Source: Octopus vulgaris (taxonomy: Eukaryota). From it: a DNA stretch of 64,000 nucleotides. A program made the translations under genes and the position numbers. How positions within the stretch are numbered: the first letter of the stretch is position 1; every line of letters begins with the position of its first letter. Below, piece by piece: positions 13,258 to 26,800 of this stretch. Under the pieces are notes generated by a model. The model did not search any database. It worked only from the letters and a program-made list of their open reading frames with translations, and was not told the DNA's origin. The stretch covers positions 36,022,001 through 36,086,000 of the forward strand of contig OX597815.1 of assembly GCA_951406725.2 (NCBI GenBank), read 5' to 3'.

Positions 13258-13415
13258 AATCATCGTTGTCATTGTCATCATCATCCTCATCACTACCACT
13301 ACCACTACCATCATCATCATCATCACTACAACTACCACTACTATCATCATCATCATCATCATCATCACTACCACTACCACTACCATCATCATCATCATTG
13401 TTGTCACCGTCATTA
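13258..13415. repeat. (CAT)n/(CACTAC)n microsatellite
   Basis: Directly visible; a similar tract lies at 8875-9020. Confidence 0.9.
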
Positions 13416-13428
13416 TCTACTTTCATAG

Positions 13429-13672
13429 CCGGTGGCACGTAAAAAGCACCATTCGCTCGTGGCCGTTTGCCAGCCTCGACTGGCACCTGTGCCGGTGGCA
13501 CGTAAAAAGCACCCACTACACTCATGGAGTGGTTGGTGTTAGGAAGGGCATCCAGTCGTAGAAACATTGCCAGATCAGACTGGGCCTGGTGCAGCCTTCT
13601 GGCTTGCCAGACCCCAGTTGAACCATCCAGCCCATGCTAGTATGGAAAGCAGATGCTAAACGATGATGATGA
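13429..13672 (+). mobile_element. Family-1 copy, opposite orientation
   Basis: Reverse complement of the 1086/2694 copies. Confidence 0.88.
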
Positions 13673-14469
13673 TACTGGCATGGCTTGGATGGGTTTAAAC
13701 TGAGGCAGCAATTGACAACCAGCTTTCCTTCCTGTTGTCAAATCTTTTAGTCACCTCCAGGACAGAGACATGTACTTATATCGTAAAATTAGGATATACA
13801 TGCATACATACATATATTACACACTCACGCACATACACACATTAGTGAACCAGATTATAAAATATCAAATTTAATGTAAAAATTGACTCACTGAGACTTT
13901 CAATATATTACATACATAGATAAATATATTATTTGAGAGATGACTTTTTGTGCTTAAAGGAGACTAGAAGGATGTTGTTAATCAAAAGTATATCACTTGT
14001 GATCAACCTATCTTTTCAGAAATAGCATATCTGAAACTACTTAATGCAAAATATTTTTTCCTTCTTTATTAAGACAGTTGATTGTAATATGAGGGAGATT
14101 TGATTGCTATTTCTAGCATGCCAAGTCACCACATAGAAGGCACTCTCGGTTTGTTTACAAGTTCTTTGTTGACAAAGGCAGTGTATGCATGGCCTGAGTT
14201 GCCTAGTTTGCATATGTATAACACTTGTATGTGGGAAGTTAATGAGTACTACCATCTATACAATAGGTAAATGCAGGTATCCATTGATTAGATACTTGTT
14301 TGGTCCATTATGTAGTATAAAGCTAAATATAGGAACCACTTCTTTCTCTCAATACTTTCTTCAAATACCCATAAAAATGTGTTGAATTCAATACTGCTGC
14401 TTCTGCTAACAAAATGTAGTACCTCTTTATACTAAGGTAGACTGGGTGATTTCAGAGATAATGAAGTAT

Positions 14470-14760
14470 CTTGATTCTAGATTGCATCCAAAAGGTCACT
14501 CAAGTGATTACCACCATCAAGCTGCATCAAATGATTCACAGACACATTGTTTCTTCTGATATTCTCGAAGCCCAATACATCCCGACTTTGTCTTATCACC
14601 AATCCCACACTAAAGACTTTGTCCAAATTTTTTCTACTTTCAGCCGTAGCCCTCTCGAATTTCCCACTCAACTACATTTTATGTTGTAGACGTTGGCCTA
14701 CAGTTATTCAAAGAATATATCAACACCTCAAATTCACCAGATTGAGAAGACCTGCCTGAT
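14470..14760 (+). mobile_element. Old degenerate LINE (CR1/L2-like) 3' remnant
   Basis: ILDCIQKVTQVI...HRHIVSS resembles the LLDRVQ.RA.R.I...HRR.VASL region of LINE ORF2. Confidence 0.5.
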
Positions 14761-15017
14761 GTCTCTCCTCTGTTTAACTAAGAAGAGATATCAACTAGAA
14801 AAATCAGTAGAGTATTGAACAAAATACTGAGTGGTACTTGGCTGTGTCCCCCTTTTGAAACCTTGCCTAAACTGACTTTGCCTTTTATCCACCCCTTGTA
14901 GATAAAATTAGTTGGGAATCAATATAATCAACTATACAAGAACAAAGTTTTTTATCCTGGTATATCAAAAGAGTAATTTATTTAATAATCCTGTTATTAC
15001 AATATCATATATATGAA

Positions 15018-15350
15018 TCATCATCATCGTTTAACGTCCATTTTCCATGCTAGCATGGGTTGGACGGTTCGACTGGGGTCTGCACCAGTCTCCAGTCTGA
15101 TCTGGCAGTGTTTCTACAACTGCCCTTCCTAGCACCAACCACTCCATGAGTGTAGTGGGTGCTTTTTACGTGCCACCAGCACAGGGGCCAGACGAGGCTG
15201 GCAAACGGCCACGATCGGTTGGTGCTTTTGTGTCACTGACACGGACGCCCGTCAGGCGGCGCTGGCATCTGCCACATTCGGACAGTGCTTTGAACATGTC
15301 TCCGGCATGGGTATCTTAACTACAATTTCCATTTGATTTTCATTTTGATG
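15018..15350 (-). mobile_element. Family-1 copy
   Basis: Same tail and core. Confidence 0.88.
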
Positions 15351-16270
15351 TATTATAATTTTAGATAAATGCTTATAGATAAGTTTGTTTTTTTCATAAC
15401 ATTATTTCAGGAGTTCATGTATTCCTGAAAAACTTGCGTGTCACTGCTGACATGTATGTCATAGGTTTGCCATCACCAGACTATAACAGTGAAAGCAATA
15501 CTCCCAGCATGGCCACTTTTCAATGATCTAAACTAGCAAAATAAAAGTAGCCGTCCTTTACATGTAAAATCTCTGATATATATCTTGACTTTGGAAAATA
15601 GCAAATTTTTAATTTTCTTAATATCAAACAAGTAAAAAAATAAATAAATAAATGTGAGAAAATTATATGATTAATGAAGAAAATAAATGAATTTCATGCA
15701 GTTTCAAATTTTATAGATTTATTGACTTGCATCAGCTTATATAAAAATGCTTTTATTGTTCTCTTTTTAAATGTTATAAAATGGGCATTTATTGTTAGTA
15801 TGCTAGATAATAAGAGGCTGCTACCTCATTTCACTCAATCCTCCATTTCTTGGGGTCCATGGACTGTGTGAATGGTTCACACAACCCTTTCATAATTTAT
15901 ATGATGCTATAGCAGTTGATTATATTTTCAACTTGTTTTCTGATTGGTATCTCTTTCTCTCTCTCTTAACATCAGCGTTTGTACTCAGCATCATTTGCTT
16001 TCTGTTTTCAAAAATTCTAAAAAAAAATTCTATTAAGCTCTTCAGTTGAGAATGCTTTCATTTGCATCTGAATTTCAGCTCTTCCATCTTGGCCAGCATC
16101 CTCTTCACAATCTTTATTTAATCTGAGAGAAAGGGCTGTACATGTGGCCTGTGAAGGTCATAAAAGCCCTTTCACCACTCATTGTTGTTCCATATTTAAA
16201 ACATCATCATTGAAGGTAACATTGTGTGAGTCAAGCAATTCTCTAAACAACTATTTATTCAAGACATTTA

Positions 16271-16527
16271 TCACCATCATCATCATCATCGTTTAACGTC
16301 TGTTTTCCATGCTGGCATGGGTTGGACCGTTTGACTGAGGACTGGCAAGCCAATAGCCTGCACCAGGCTCCAATCTGAGCTGGCAAGGTTTCTACAGCTG
16401 GATGCCCTTCCTAACGCCAACCACTCCAAGAGTGTAGTGGGTACTTTTTACATGCCACCGGCATGGGAGCCAGTCAGGCAATACTGGCATCGACCACCTT
16501 CAGATGGTTCTTTTTACATACCACCGC
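16271..16527 (-). mobile_element. Family-1 copy
   Basis: Same tail and core. Confidence 0.86.
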
Positions 16528-17356
16528 TCAGTCTGTAGACATTATCAGTGTTAATCAAATTGAGTGGTTTACACACCTGCCTCTGTAACTTCAGCCTTAA
16601 ATCCACCTTAATTATTTGTACAGTGAAGTATTTTATATTTTACATACAGCTCTCATAATACTGGCCATTACCTCATCAAATGTTTCAAGAATATTTTTTG
16701 GTAACATTAACCCTTTAGCATTCAGATTACTCTCTCACATATAATGCTTATTTATTCACATTTTTTAAAAATTAATCATGCATAATCTTCTAGCTTTGAT
16801 GATTTGGTTATTTAGTTTTAAAACGACAATGTAGTGTCATTGAGGTGGGAGGCCATATCTGGCAAATTTGAATATAAAACAGGTAGAATATTTGGGCTGG
16901 ATGTGGATGGTTTAAATGCTAAAAGTATTGAAGTTATAACATTAATTGCATTTTCTTCGGGGGGGGGGGGTAAGCAATTAGTTGTCCTTAACTGTTGCTA
17001 TCATCCTCTAATTTGCATTGGATGCAACAATATGTTAGTATTATTCAGGAGAAAAAATACAACAACAACATTTTGACACAAGTTGGATGATCCAGATCAC
17101 TGTCAAAAATTCAGTTTTTAAATAAAATTTATATACATCAGGCAAGGCTTGAACCAGTCTTCAAAACAAAGACTTTGCAAACCAAGATTTTCTGTTTGAT
17201 CTCCAATAAACAGGGAATACTTGCTAAATTCCTTAGAAGCACATGGATTGATTTCCTGATCACTAGATCAGCATGAGTTTTAATTTTAAATCACTAGCCT
17301 ATTTTTACCAATAAACATGTTAGATAAATATTAACCACTTCTAATCCAAGATGCAA

Positions 17357-18187
17357 TATACAAGGTGCATAAGGTTTTTGAGGAAATACCTTTTTGGGGT
17401 CATTGCTGCATTTTTTGCTAACTCTGTATAATCTTTGTTTCAGAAAATAATAATGGCAGACGCTCAGCTTACTCAAGAAATGAAGAGGCATGTTGTTATT
17501 GTGGTTATAAATCCTGAGCATCGCAATTTAGAAATATCTTGATTTTTTAAAGTTGCCAGATCCTTCATTTACAAAGTTTGTAAGGAGTTAGAGACTGAAG
17601 ATGGGAATGTATCACCAGTATCAAAGCATAAAAAGCATTCTAAATGCTCTGAAATCATCAGAACACCTGAATTTATCCAGCAAGTTCAACAGGCCATTGA
17701 TTACAATCTCAGAAAGTTCATGAAGTCAATTGCAAAAGATCTCCATGTGTCAGAAGGAACAGTCAGAAATGTTGTCCACAAAGACATCAGATATAAGTCA
17801 TATATGATGAAGAAATGTCACTTTGTCAGAAAAAGCAAAAGAAAATCACTGCATCAGATCTAAAAGGCTCCTAAACAAACTGAAAAATCCAGCAAAAGAT
17901 TTGATTTGGTTTACCTCAAACAAGAAAAACTTTAACCAAGATCAAAAAGTTAACAGAAGAAATGACAGATGATTATGTGCAGACCCTTCTAAAGTTCCAA
18001 GAGTTATGCATACAAAATTTCCTGCAACTGTCATGGTTTTAGGGGTTGTCAGCAATGAAGGACATGTGATGCCACCATACTTCTTTCCACAAGGCCTTAG
18101 AGCTCCGCCACCTACATTGAGGTCCTGGAAATAATTGTTAATCCCTTGATAGACAGTGTATGCAATGGAAGGCCATATGTGTTTCAG
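17357..18187 (+). mobile_element. Truncated Tc1/mariner DD37D (maT-like) transposase pseudogene
   Basis: ATG at 17453; SIAKDLHVSEGTVRNVV HTH, IWFTSNKKNF, TKFPATVMVLGVVSNEG and YVFQ; stops and frameshifts; breaks off just before the second catalytic Asp. Confidence 0.85.
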
Positions 18188-19529
18188 TTAAATGGTTATC
18201 TTTAATTTAAACTTAAATACTATTAAAATCTTTCTAAATTCATCCATGGTGGGGCCAGTCATATTGTATGAGATTGATTTCATATAGCTATTCAATGTGC
18301 TTTGGAAGGAGATGGTGCTGTGTTGAAATCTCAGCTGTTTTATCAGCTTGTTGAAGTTTGATTCAAAGTTTTCAGGATCTTTGATTTGGATAAGGAATTT
18401 TGATCTATACTTGTCTGTGGGTCTCTTTCTCATAGACAGAGGCTTTCCATTGCATTCATTTGATTATTCCTTCTGATTTTATAATAAAGGAACATAATAA
18501 ACAATTCCTTAGGTGCTATTTGTATATTCTTAAAAAAATATCTGTTCTTGGCTAGTAAAATTAAATTGTCAACTAGTTTTAATACCAACAGTTGGCCTTT
18601 ATTGCAGGTATTTGGACAAAGCTAAGTTATTTCTGCCTTGTTGCTACCTATATACAGCTAAGTGTACCACACCACTTCAGAGAGAAACATTCTGACCATG
18701 CACACGATGTAGTACTGATGCGATAGGATACAAACCACAAATCTCTTAGCTTGGTTGTTCACATGGATAGAGATATCAGACAACCAGTTATGTTATAAAA
18801 CAATAATGAAAAAAAAAAAACAATCGAAATATCTCAAAGAGAAAGAAAACTTTATTTTGTAGTTTTTTTTTCTTTTTCCTTCCAAATATTGTTCTGTAAA
18901 AATATTTTCTGTTTGATGACTGAACACTTGAAGAGGATATGAAGGAAATATCAGAGAACAAAGAGGAGTGAAGAAAGATTCTTTACGAAATAGCATTAAA
19001 GTTTTTACTGGCTTACGTACTTTGATATGTGTTGAATAAAATAAAAATTAGATTTGAAAAAAAAAAAATACAACAGTAGATTTGTGTAGCAATGAATCAT
19101 CATTTTTAGTGCCCATTTTTTAAAGTTATTATTTTTTTTTGGCATAGTTTAGACAGGTTCCTTCGGCTAGTCATCACAGAACCAGAATGTGCACAGTAGT
19201 GGTGTGAAGGAGAATAATGCTATTCATGGAGAGATAGATAGACAGAGAGAGAGAAAGAGAGACAGAGATTTAGAAATTTTGATCATGTTTGATTAGAAGC
19301 AAGGTTTATACAGCTGGGTTTGTCATCCATCATGTAAGCCAATATATATCCTTGGTATTTTTACGTACAGTGACAATGTGAAGAACTAAAAGGTCACGTA
19401 GTGAATAAAAAAAAAAAGAGGGAATCTTCCAGAAAAAAAATAGCCAGTGCAATCACAAAATCTTTGTAAGTTCCTTTATAAATAAATAAAAGATTAATCA
19501 TTGTCAGTTACCAAATTTAAGAGAAAAAC

Positions 19530-19580
19530 TTTATATATATATATATGCATGTATGTGTGTGTGTGTGTGTATGTATATAA

Positions 19581-19640
<60 letters not shown>
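19530..19640. repeat. (TA)n/(GT)n compound microsatellite ~0.9 kb downstream of the AP3B stop
   Basis: Directly visible. Confidence 0.95.
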
Positions 19641-19642
<2 letters not shown>

Positions 19643-20523
19643 AAGTATTTTGATAAAAACAGAGAGAAGAGGTATTTTTTTTATGCCAAAACATTCCAAA
19701 TATCTTGGAAAAGTTAGACTTTGTTTAGATGTGGAATGTTCCATTCAACTTATATTCAACCTAATAATGATAAGTTATAACAAGTTAATAAACATCAGCT
19801 GAAGAAATGAGTGAAATTGGCAGGAACAGAACAAAACAAAGAAAATCTGTTCTGTTAAACATAACAAAGATGTAGACATGATTGGATGGAAAAGTGAAAA
19901 CTGTGTATGTGTATGTGTGTGTGTGTTTATGTATGTAGACATAAATGTATATGTGTGTGTGTATATATATATATGTATGTGAGAATGTGTGTGTGTGTAT
20001 ACACACATACACGCACAAATGCAAAAGCATACAGAGACATACATTCACACTTACATGCACAATTCAATAATTAATCCTTTGCATTTGTGATGATTTTGTG
20101 TAGATTAATGATATCAAAAACTCATTCTCATCTTATCCTCTAATTGACAGTAATAGAGGGATTAATAAACCAAGTTTTTTTTTAATTAATAAAATAAAAC
20201 AATGAATAGGAAGTGTTTGTTTTTTTTTTTACCAAATTTAATTTTTATAAAATATAACAAAAACCAACCGACCGACCGACCGACCAACCAACCTAAAACA
20301 TACTTTCTTTTTTGTTAAATTTAACATATCCCTTTGTTTAAACTTATTTAATAAATCAATTTGTTTCTACTTTGTGGGGAAGGAGAAGTTATAAAAACAA
20401 TAACAACAACAATAATAAACATATAATATGAGACAGGAAGAACAAAAATAAAACAAACAAAGCAACAATTAAAAAAAAAGGCAAACAAAGGATAGTGGGG
20501 TAACTACATTCCGAAGCCTATCA

Positions 20524-20816
20524 TTATGATTTCTTTAATGAATGTTGTATGTCTTTAGTCATCATGGAACCAATAACCATTTTCTCGCAGTTTACTGTTA
20601 CTTTTGCATTCTCGCTATTCTGATTCTCGACTGTGATGAGCAGAAGAGTCTGAGTGGCAAGTGTTTTGCCCGCAAAATAATAAATTTGGCTGTCACTGGA
20701 TGGAACCTGTAGCACATTGGCAGTTTGATGTATACACATACAAATTGATTCAGCAGTGCCATGGTTATGGGCCAGCTCCACCTGACCAGTGTTTTCTGTC
20801 ATACCAGTTAATTTAC
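20524..20816 (-). CDS. AP3B: AP3B last coding exon KLTGMTE...[23 protein letters not shown]
   Basis: ttgcag acceptor; TAA at 20526-20524, followed in frame by TGA and TAG. Confidence 0.94.
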
Positions 20817-23800
20817 CTGCAAGCCACAAAATGAGAGAGAGAAAAGAAATAAGTTTAAGCAAAACAAAATTACAACATTAAAACTTACATCATTCATGCA
20901 TAACTGCTTTAACTTCTCACACATCTAAATATGCAATGATTTATTTACATAATTATAGGCACAGGCATAGCTGTGTGAATACAGAGTTTGCTTCATAATC
21001 CACTAAATTCTTATGGAATTGTATAATTAAAAAGTAACTGGTATAATCACAGTAATATTAAATCAAAGTAATATTGAAAAGTTATGAAACATATATAACA
21101 ATAATTTGAAAAGAAAAATATTTTTTTAAATTCAAAAATGACCTCCCAAGTTCTATATCCTAATCTTATTTCTTTATTGCCCACAAAGGGCTAACACAGA
21201 GGGGACAAACAAGGACAAATAAATGGATTAAGTCGATTATATCGACCCCAGTGCATAACTGGTACTTATTTAATTGACCCCAAAAGGATGAAAGGCAAAG
21301 TCGACCACAGCGGAATTTGAACTCAGAACATAGTGGCAGACAAAATACCACTAAGCATTTCACCCGGCGTACTAAAGTTTCTGCCAGCTCGCCACCTTCT
21401 ATATCCTAATCTGTCAATGGTAATCCAGCAGGTAACCTTTAAACCCTTGTAATAATAAAGCAAAAGAGAAAGAATGGCTTACTTTTCTGTGCTTTAAATT
21501 CCTTCTCATTCATTGTGTAAGGTTGCAGCAGCTCACCAACAGGAGCGCTTATTTTCACAGAATTCTGCACATCATCAACAATAATGTCAAACACTGCCGG
21601 CTGTGTGGTATCATTAAAGTTAATTCCTATTAATACTGAACTGGTGGCACCTGGAGCAAGAGTAGCTGTGAAAAAGAGAAGAAATATAAGCAAAGGTTTT
21701 AATCATGGATTTCAATGCATAAACGAAAACAGAAACTGGTAAAAAACAAGCCAATGGAGAAATTATGTGATTTGTTGTAGGAAAAGGGTGGGACATATCT
21801 AGATACATTGCATCTGGAAAACAAAAGTAAATGTGACAGTCAAGAGTGGTGTCTTTCAGTCATAGATCTGCTTGATCAGGGCTGATCTAGGGGTTACCAA
21901 CAACAACCAGTTTACTGCATATGTTACTATATTTGACTAAATTATTTTAAATTATGCTACCAAATATAATATGTAAGTGCATAATACAGCTATTTCATCA
22001 GCATTGTCATCATTTAACATTTATTTTCTATGCTGGCATTGGTTGAATGGTTTGACAGGAATCAACAAACCAAAGGACAATGCTAAGCTTCAATGTCTGT
22101 TTTGGCATAATTCTATAGTTAGATGCCCTTCCTAATGCCCACCACTTCACAGGGTGTGCTTCTTGTCATGGCACTGGCACTAGTGAGATTACCAAGTAAC
22201 TTGCAAGATTACCCTTCACATGAGAGGTTAAAGCATGAGAGAGAGACAAGAACAAGTGTCTTGCTGTAGAGGAGATACATGGTTACTCTGGCTTGAAAAA
22301 GAAAAAGATGGTGATTATAAGGTGTCAGAGTGTACCCTCAGGGTACAAGAAGGTGAATATTAGGAAGAAATAGAACAGAAGAACAGAGAAGGTGAATGGA
22401 CCATTAGGAAAATTTAGTTCAATAACAGTTATATAAAGGTCAAGTGGCCAATGCAGAGTTAAAAATGGCCTAAAGGTTTGCTTCTCTTTGCTTGGCTGCG
22501 ATCCACTGTATCCTAATAGGTAACAGAACTGCTATAAACGTGTGTGAGTGCGTAATGGATTCATGTGAGTTGAGAAGAAGAAAGTTTAAGGAAATAGCCA
22601 ACTTACTTATTTCCGGAAAATCATGTATTTCCATGCCTGGTGGTGTTTTCTGAAAAATGTCAGAAAGGTAAAAATAAACAAATTTATACTTAGCTAGGTA
22701 AACGTAAAGAATAATGACAGTCTTGAAGCAATTAATGATTTGCTATTGCTAAATTATGATTAAAAAAAGAATGTGATGTACATATTCAATCAAATACATC
22801 GTCATCATCATTTAACGTCCAGCTTTTATGCTGTTATTAGTTTTGATAGAGTTTGATGGGTAAGAGGACTGTATCATGCACCCAAGGTAGATTTTTTTGT
22901 AGCATCACTCATGCAAATACATATACACATGTATAAATGTCATCAGTTTTTTTTTACATCTATTTTTGTCATGCAAGCATGAGTTAGATGAATATATTAT
23001 TATGGCATGATTTTATAACCAGATGCCCTTCTTACTGCTTACTCTTACCTGTTTTTCAAGCAAGAGATCTTTTATTTCACAGTTCCTCAAAGGCACAAAG
23101 CCAGTGGAGGATTTGAAGATGAAAGAAATGGCAGCAACATCACTGGTTGTAAATCAGTAAACAGTTGCATGATACAGTGGCACAAAGCTGAACTGCATCT
23201 TAACTGGGTTAATTCTGTTCTCATTAATTTTATTTTCCTTAAACTAGGCCAACAAGGTCATGGAAGTTAGGAAAAGAGCTACAACACAATTGATGAAATA
23301 TATATTTAACCACATTTCACCAGGTTGATATTACTGACACTCTGTTGTGTATGTGATCAAGAGACCAAAAAAAATGTAAACCCCAATGGCCAAATCTAAC
23401 AATCTAGACTTAAACAAATAATACAGAATGATAACTCCTATCTGAAAGGACATTGTAAAACTGAAGTTTTGCAGACCTCCATTCTGGCAGTCTGCAATTT
23501 ATAGTAAAATATGAGCATCACAGGGTTATTGCACTAAGACAAAATCTTCAAGAGACAAACTAAGATTGTTTTTTTAGACACCCCATTACACTTATACATA
23601 CAGGAATCTAGTGTTGGTTGCTATTTCTATACCATAGTTCCACGCTAACATCCAGGTATTTAGTGATCTTAAGTAATGATTCACAAAAGTTGAAGAACTA
23701 GTGTGAATGTGCAAGGTGCTGTGGCCAAAAATCTCGATGCCAGTATGAAACCATAGTAATGAAGTAACAACAGGTACTCAACATATATAATACATTATAT

Positions 23801-26800
23801 AATTATATCCTCATCATTTAACCTCCATTTTCCATGCTGGCATGAGTTGAATGGAGTTTTATATAATACAATAATAACTCTTCATGAGAGTGTGTTGAAC
23901 ACAGGAGATTTACACAGATCCTGGTTTATATATGTGTGTGTGTATCAATAGCTAGTCTTAAACTTTAGTGGTTCTTTGTATATTTCATAATTTATATGTG
24001 TGAGAGTACACACGTAATACATGTAATAGCAGCATCACTAGAGCCACTTGAAAGTCAAAGACATACCTTATTCCCAATTTTTATACTGTTCATAGGTTTA
24101 TCACACTCGTTTGTAAAGGTCAACTCAATTGAGGTCATCTTAGGGTTGAAAATTGATATGGTCCTGGTGAAACAGTACTTCACTGACAAACCTTTTGCGG
24201 TCATACGATTTAATAGTTCATAAGATTTGTTATTGACAACTGGGAAATTTAGTGTCTAAAAAAAAGAAAAAGATTTTTCAGAAAATTAGAAACAGATGGA
24301 GAACAACCATAAACAGGCTGATAAAAAACATTGTTTGGAAGCAAGTTGATATAATGCTTCCTACATATATAGCCATAGATAAAATAAACAAACAAACAGT
24401 AATTCATTTAACATATAAGTGAAATAGTCATCAGGAGTTTGTAACATTTGAGCCTTTCTTTGAAATATTGTGGACAAACTGAAATAGCTCAAGCAGGGAA
24501 AACATAACACAGGTTTTGAGACGCATGGAAAAATTCTCTTTACTTAAACTTCTGCCAGATTGATGTTGGAACAAATATAATGGCATAAATATTTTTGGGT
24601 TTCTTTTATCTCAAAGACACATATGCTCTTATTTTATTTATTTATTTTTTGTAAACATAAAATTGATCTGTGAATATATACTCACACAAGCATAGTTTGC
24701 TTTGCAACCAAATGGTTTCAAGTTCAGTCCCAATACAGAGCAACTTGGGCAAGTATCTTCTACTATAGTCCCAGCCCAATTAATGCCTAGGGAGTGAATT
24801 TAGTAGATGGAAACTGTGCAGAAACTTGTCACGTATAACTCTCTCGCTGTGTGTGTGTGTGTGTGTGTGTTTGTCCCTCATCAATGCATGACAACTTGGT
24901 TTACATCTCCATAACTTAGAGGTTTGGCAAAAGTGCCGGAGTTAAAATTAAGTAGTGGGGGCAATTTGTTCTCCCAAACCCCTCAAGGTAGCATCCCAGC
25001 ATAGCTACAGTTCGTTGACTTAAAAAAGTAGATTTCAAAGTGAAATATACAGACATTAAAAGATCACTATCCTTTTTTTATCACTTTTAATGAACAGCAA
25101 CATTGTTGGTTACATGTTTCCAATGTGCCAATCACTGGATCATTGCATTTAGGATGGTAACCGTGACAAGAGATTGCATGTGCATCTCTGGCACAAGTAT
25201 CACAAAGAACCTAAAAGCACCAGGTCATCAGTTTTCTTGCAGACTTTTACATCTTCCATCAACATACACTGCCAAAAGATCACTTATAAGATATATATAC
25301 CTATATACAAACACAAACATTTCTTTCTCATTCTCTCCATCTCTCATTACCTACTCATAATAACAATTTCTAAATTTAGTGCAATGCTGCAGTTTTATTG
25401 GGATAGGCGTGGGAATCAATTGTAGAAGTTTAACTGCCACCAATAGCAGAAGGATGAAAGACAAAGTAAAGCAGTAAAAGATTCTACTAACATAATTGGC
25501 AGGAGAATTTTCTGAAACAGGTGTGCTATATAGATCCAAAGAAGCAATCATAGGTGTGAGGATGTCTTGCACAGGTCTGGCAGCTGGTGTCATCACAGCA
25601 TTTGTGTTTTGTGGGGTCACTGAAATATTTAGGACATTAACATTATTAGCATTAACATTAACATGAATAGCAAAAATAATTGTCTTGATTACATAAAAGG
25701 ATATTATTTATTTAGAAAAATTATATAAAAATTTAATATTTTGACTATTAATCTCTAATGCACCTATTTACAATAATTATATCAACACTACATTTTGATT
25801 GCTTGGATTTCTAAGTGCTATAATGTAACTTTTTGTTGGATATATATATGGTCTCAGGCTGGATTTGAATGCGACACTTAGATTTTGACCTAAGACTAGT
25901 CATAGTCTTATCCAGTGAGCTGCTCTATATCCAGGAATAAGACATCTGGCGATGATCAAAGATTAAAGCAATCAAAACATAGATATATTATAAACATATA
26001 TCCTAGAGAAGAGATTAACAATTAAGAAAATCATAAATTTAAAAGCAAATCATTATGAACATTATTTACATTTGATAGATATTTGTCCTCATCTTGTTTG
26101 TTGTTAACACATTTTGGCTGATATACCCTCCAGCCTTCATCAGGTGTCTTAGGGAAATTTCGAACCTGGTTTCCCATTCCTAAGGTATTTTTTGAAAAAT
26201 ACCTTAGGAATGAGAACACAGGTTTGAAAGTTCCCCAAGACACCTGATGAAGGCTGGAGGGTATATCAGCCAAAACGTTGTGTTAACAACAAACAAGATG
26301 AGGACAAATATCCGTCAAATGTAAATAATGTACGGAATTCCACATCTCTTAAATATAGAACAGTATAAATCATGAATTAACTGCTAAGAGTTTAAGAGCA
26401 ACTTATCTTGGACATTTAGACACGAAGAAGATAAATAATTAACTGAATCAATCTCAGTATATTATAAATACATATTTTATCAATTCAAAATGATGAAAAA
26501 TGAAATTAAACCTGATATGTAAATAATTTTATACAGGTATCCCACACTTTACAGAAACATTGCATTCCTGAAAATCAGGAATTCTGAAGCATGAAACCTA
26601 TTTCCTTTTGACTTTTGTGTTATGAAATTCCATGTAATGGCAAGATTTTTAGGAATGCAACATTTCTGCAATGCAGAAATGCACATACAACCTCTTGTCA
26701 CTGTTACCATCCAAACAAACTAACATACCGAATATTTTGGGTAAACTCACTTGATTGAACCTAGAGAGAAAATATGTAGCAATTCTATTGCAGAAAGGAG

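Noticed and set aside
13120-13567. Poly-His and poly-Asp ORFs
   Set aside because: Products of (CAT)n/(GAT)n repeats plus SINE sequence; only the strong acceptor at 13200 is kept as a weak finding.
20811-20818. AG|GTAAAT at the last exon as a recursive splice site
   Set aside because: It is the needed acceptor of a conserved coding exon; it also shows that AG|GT alone is weak evidence elsewhere.
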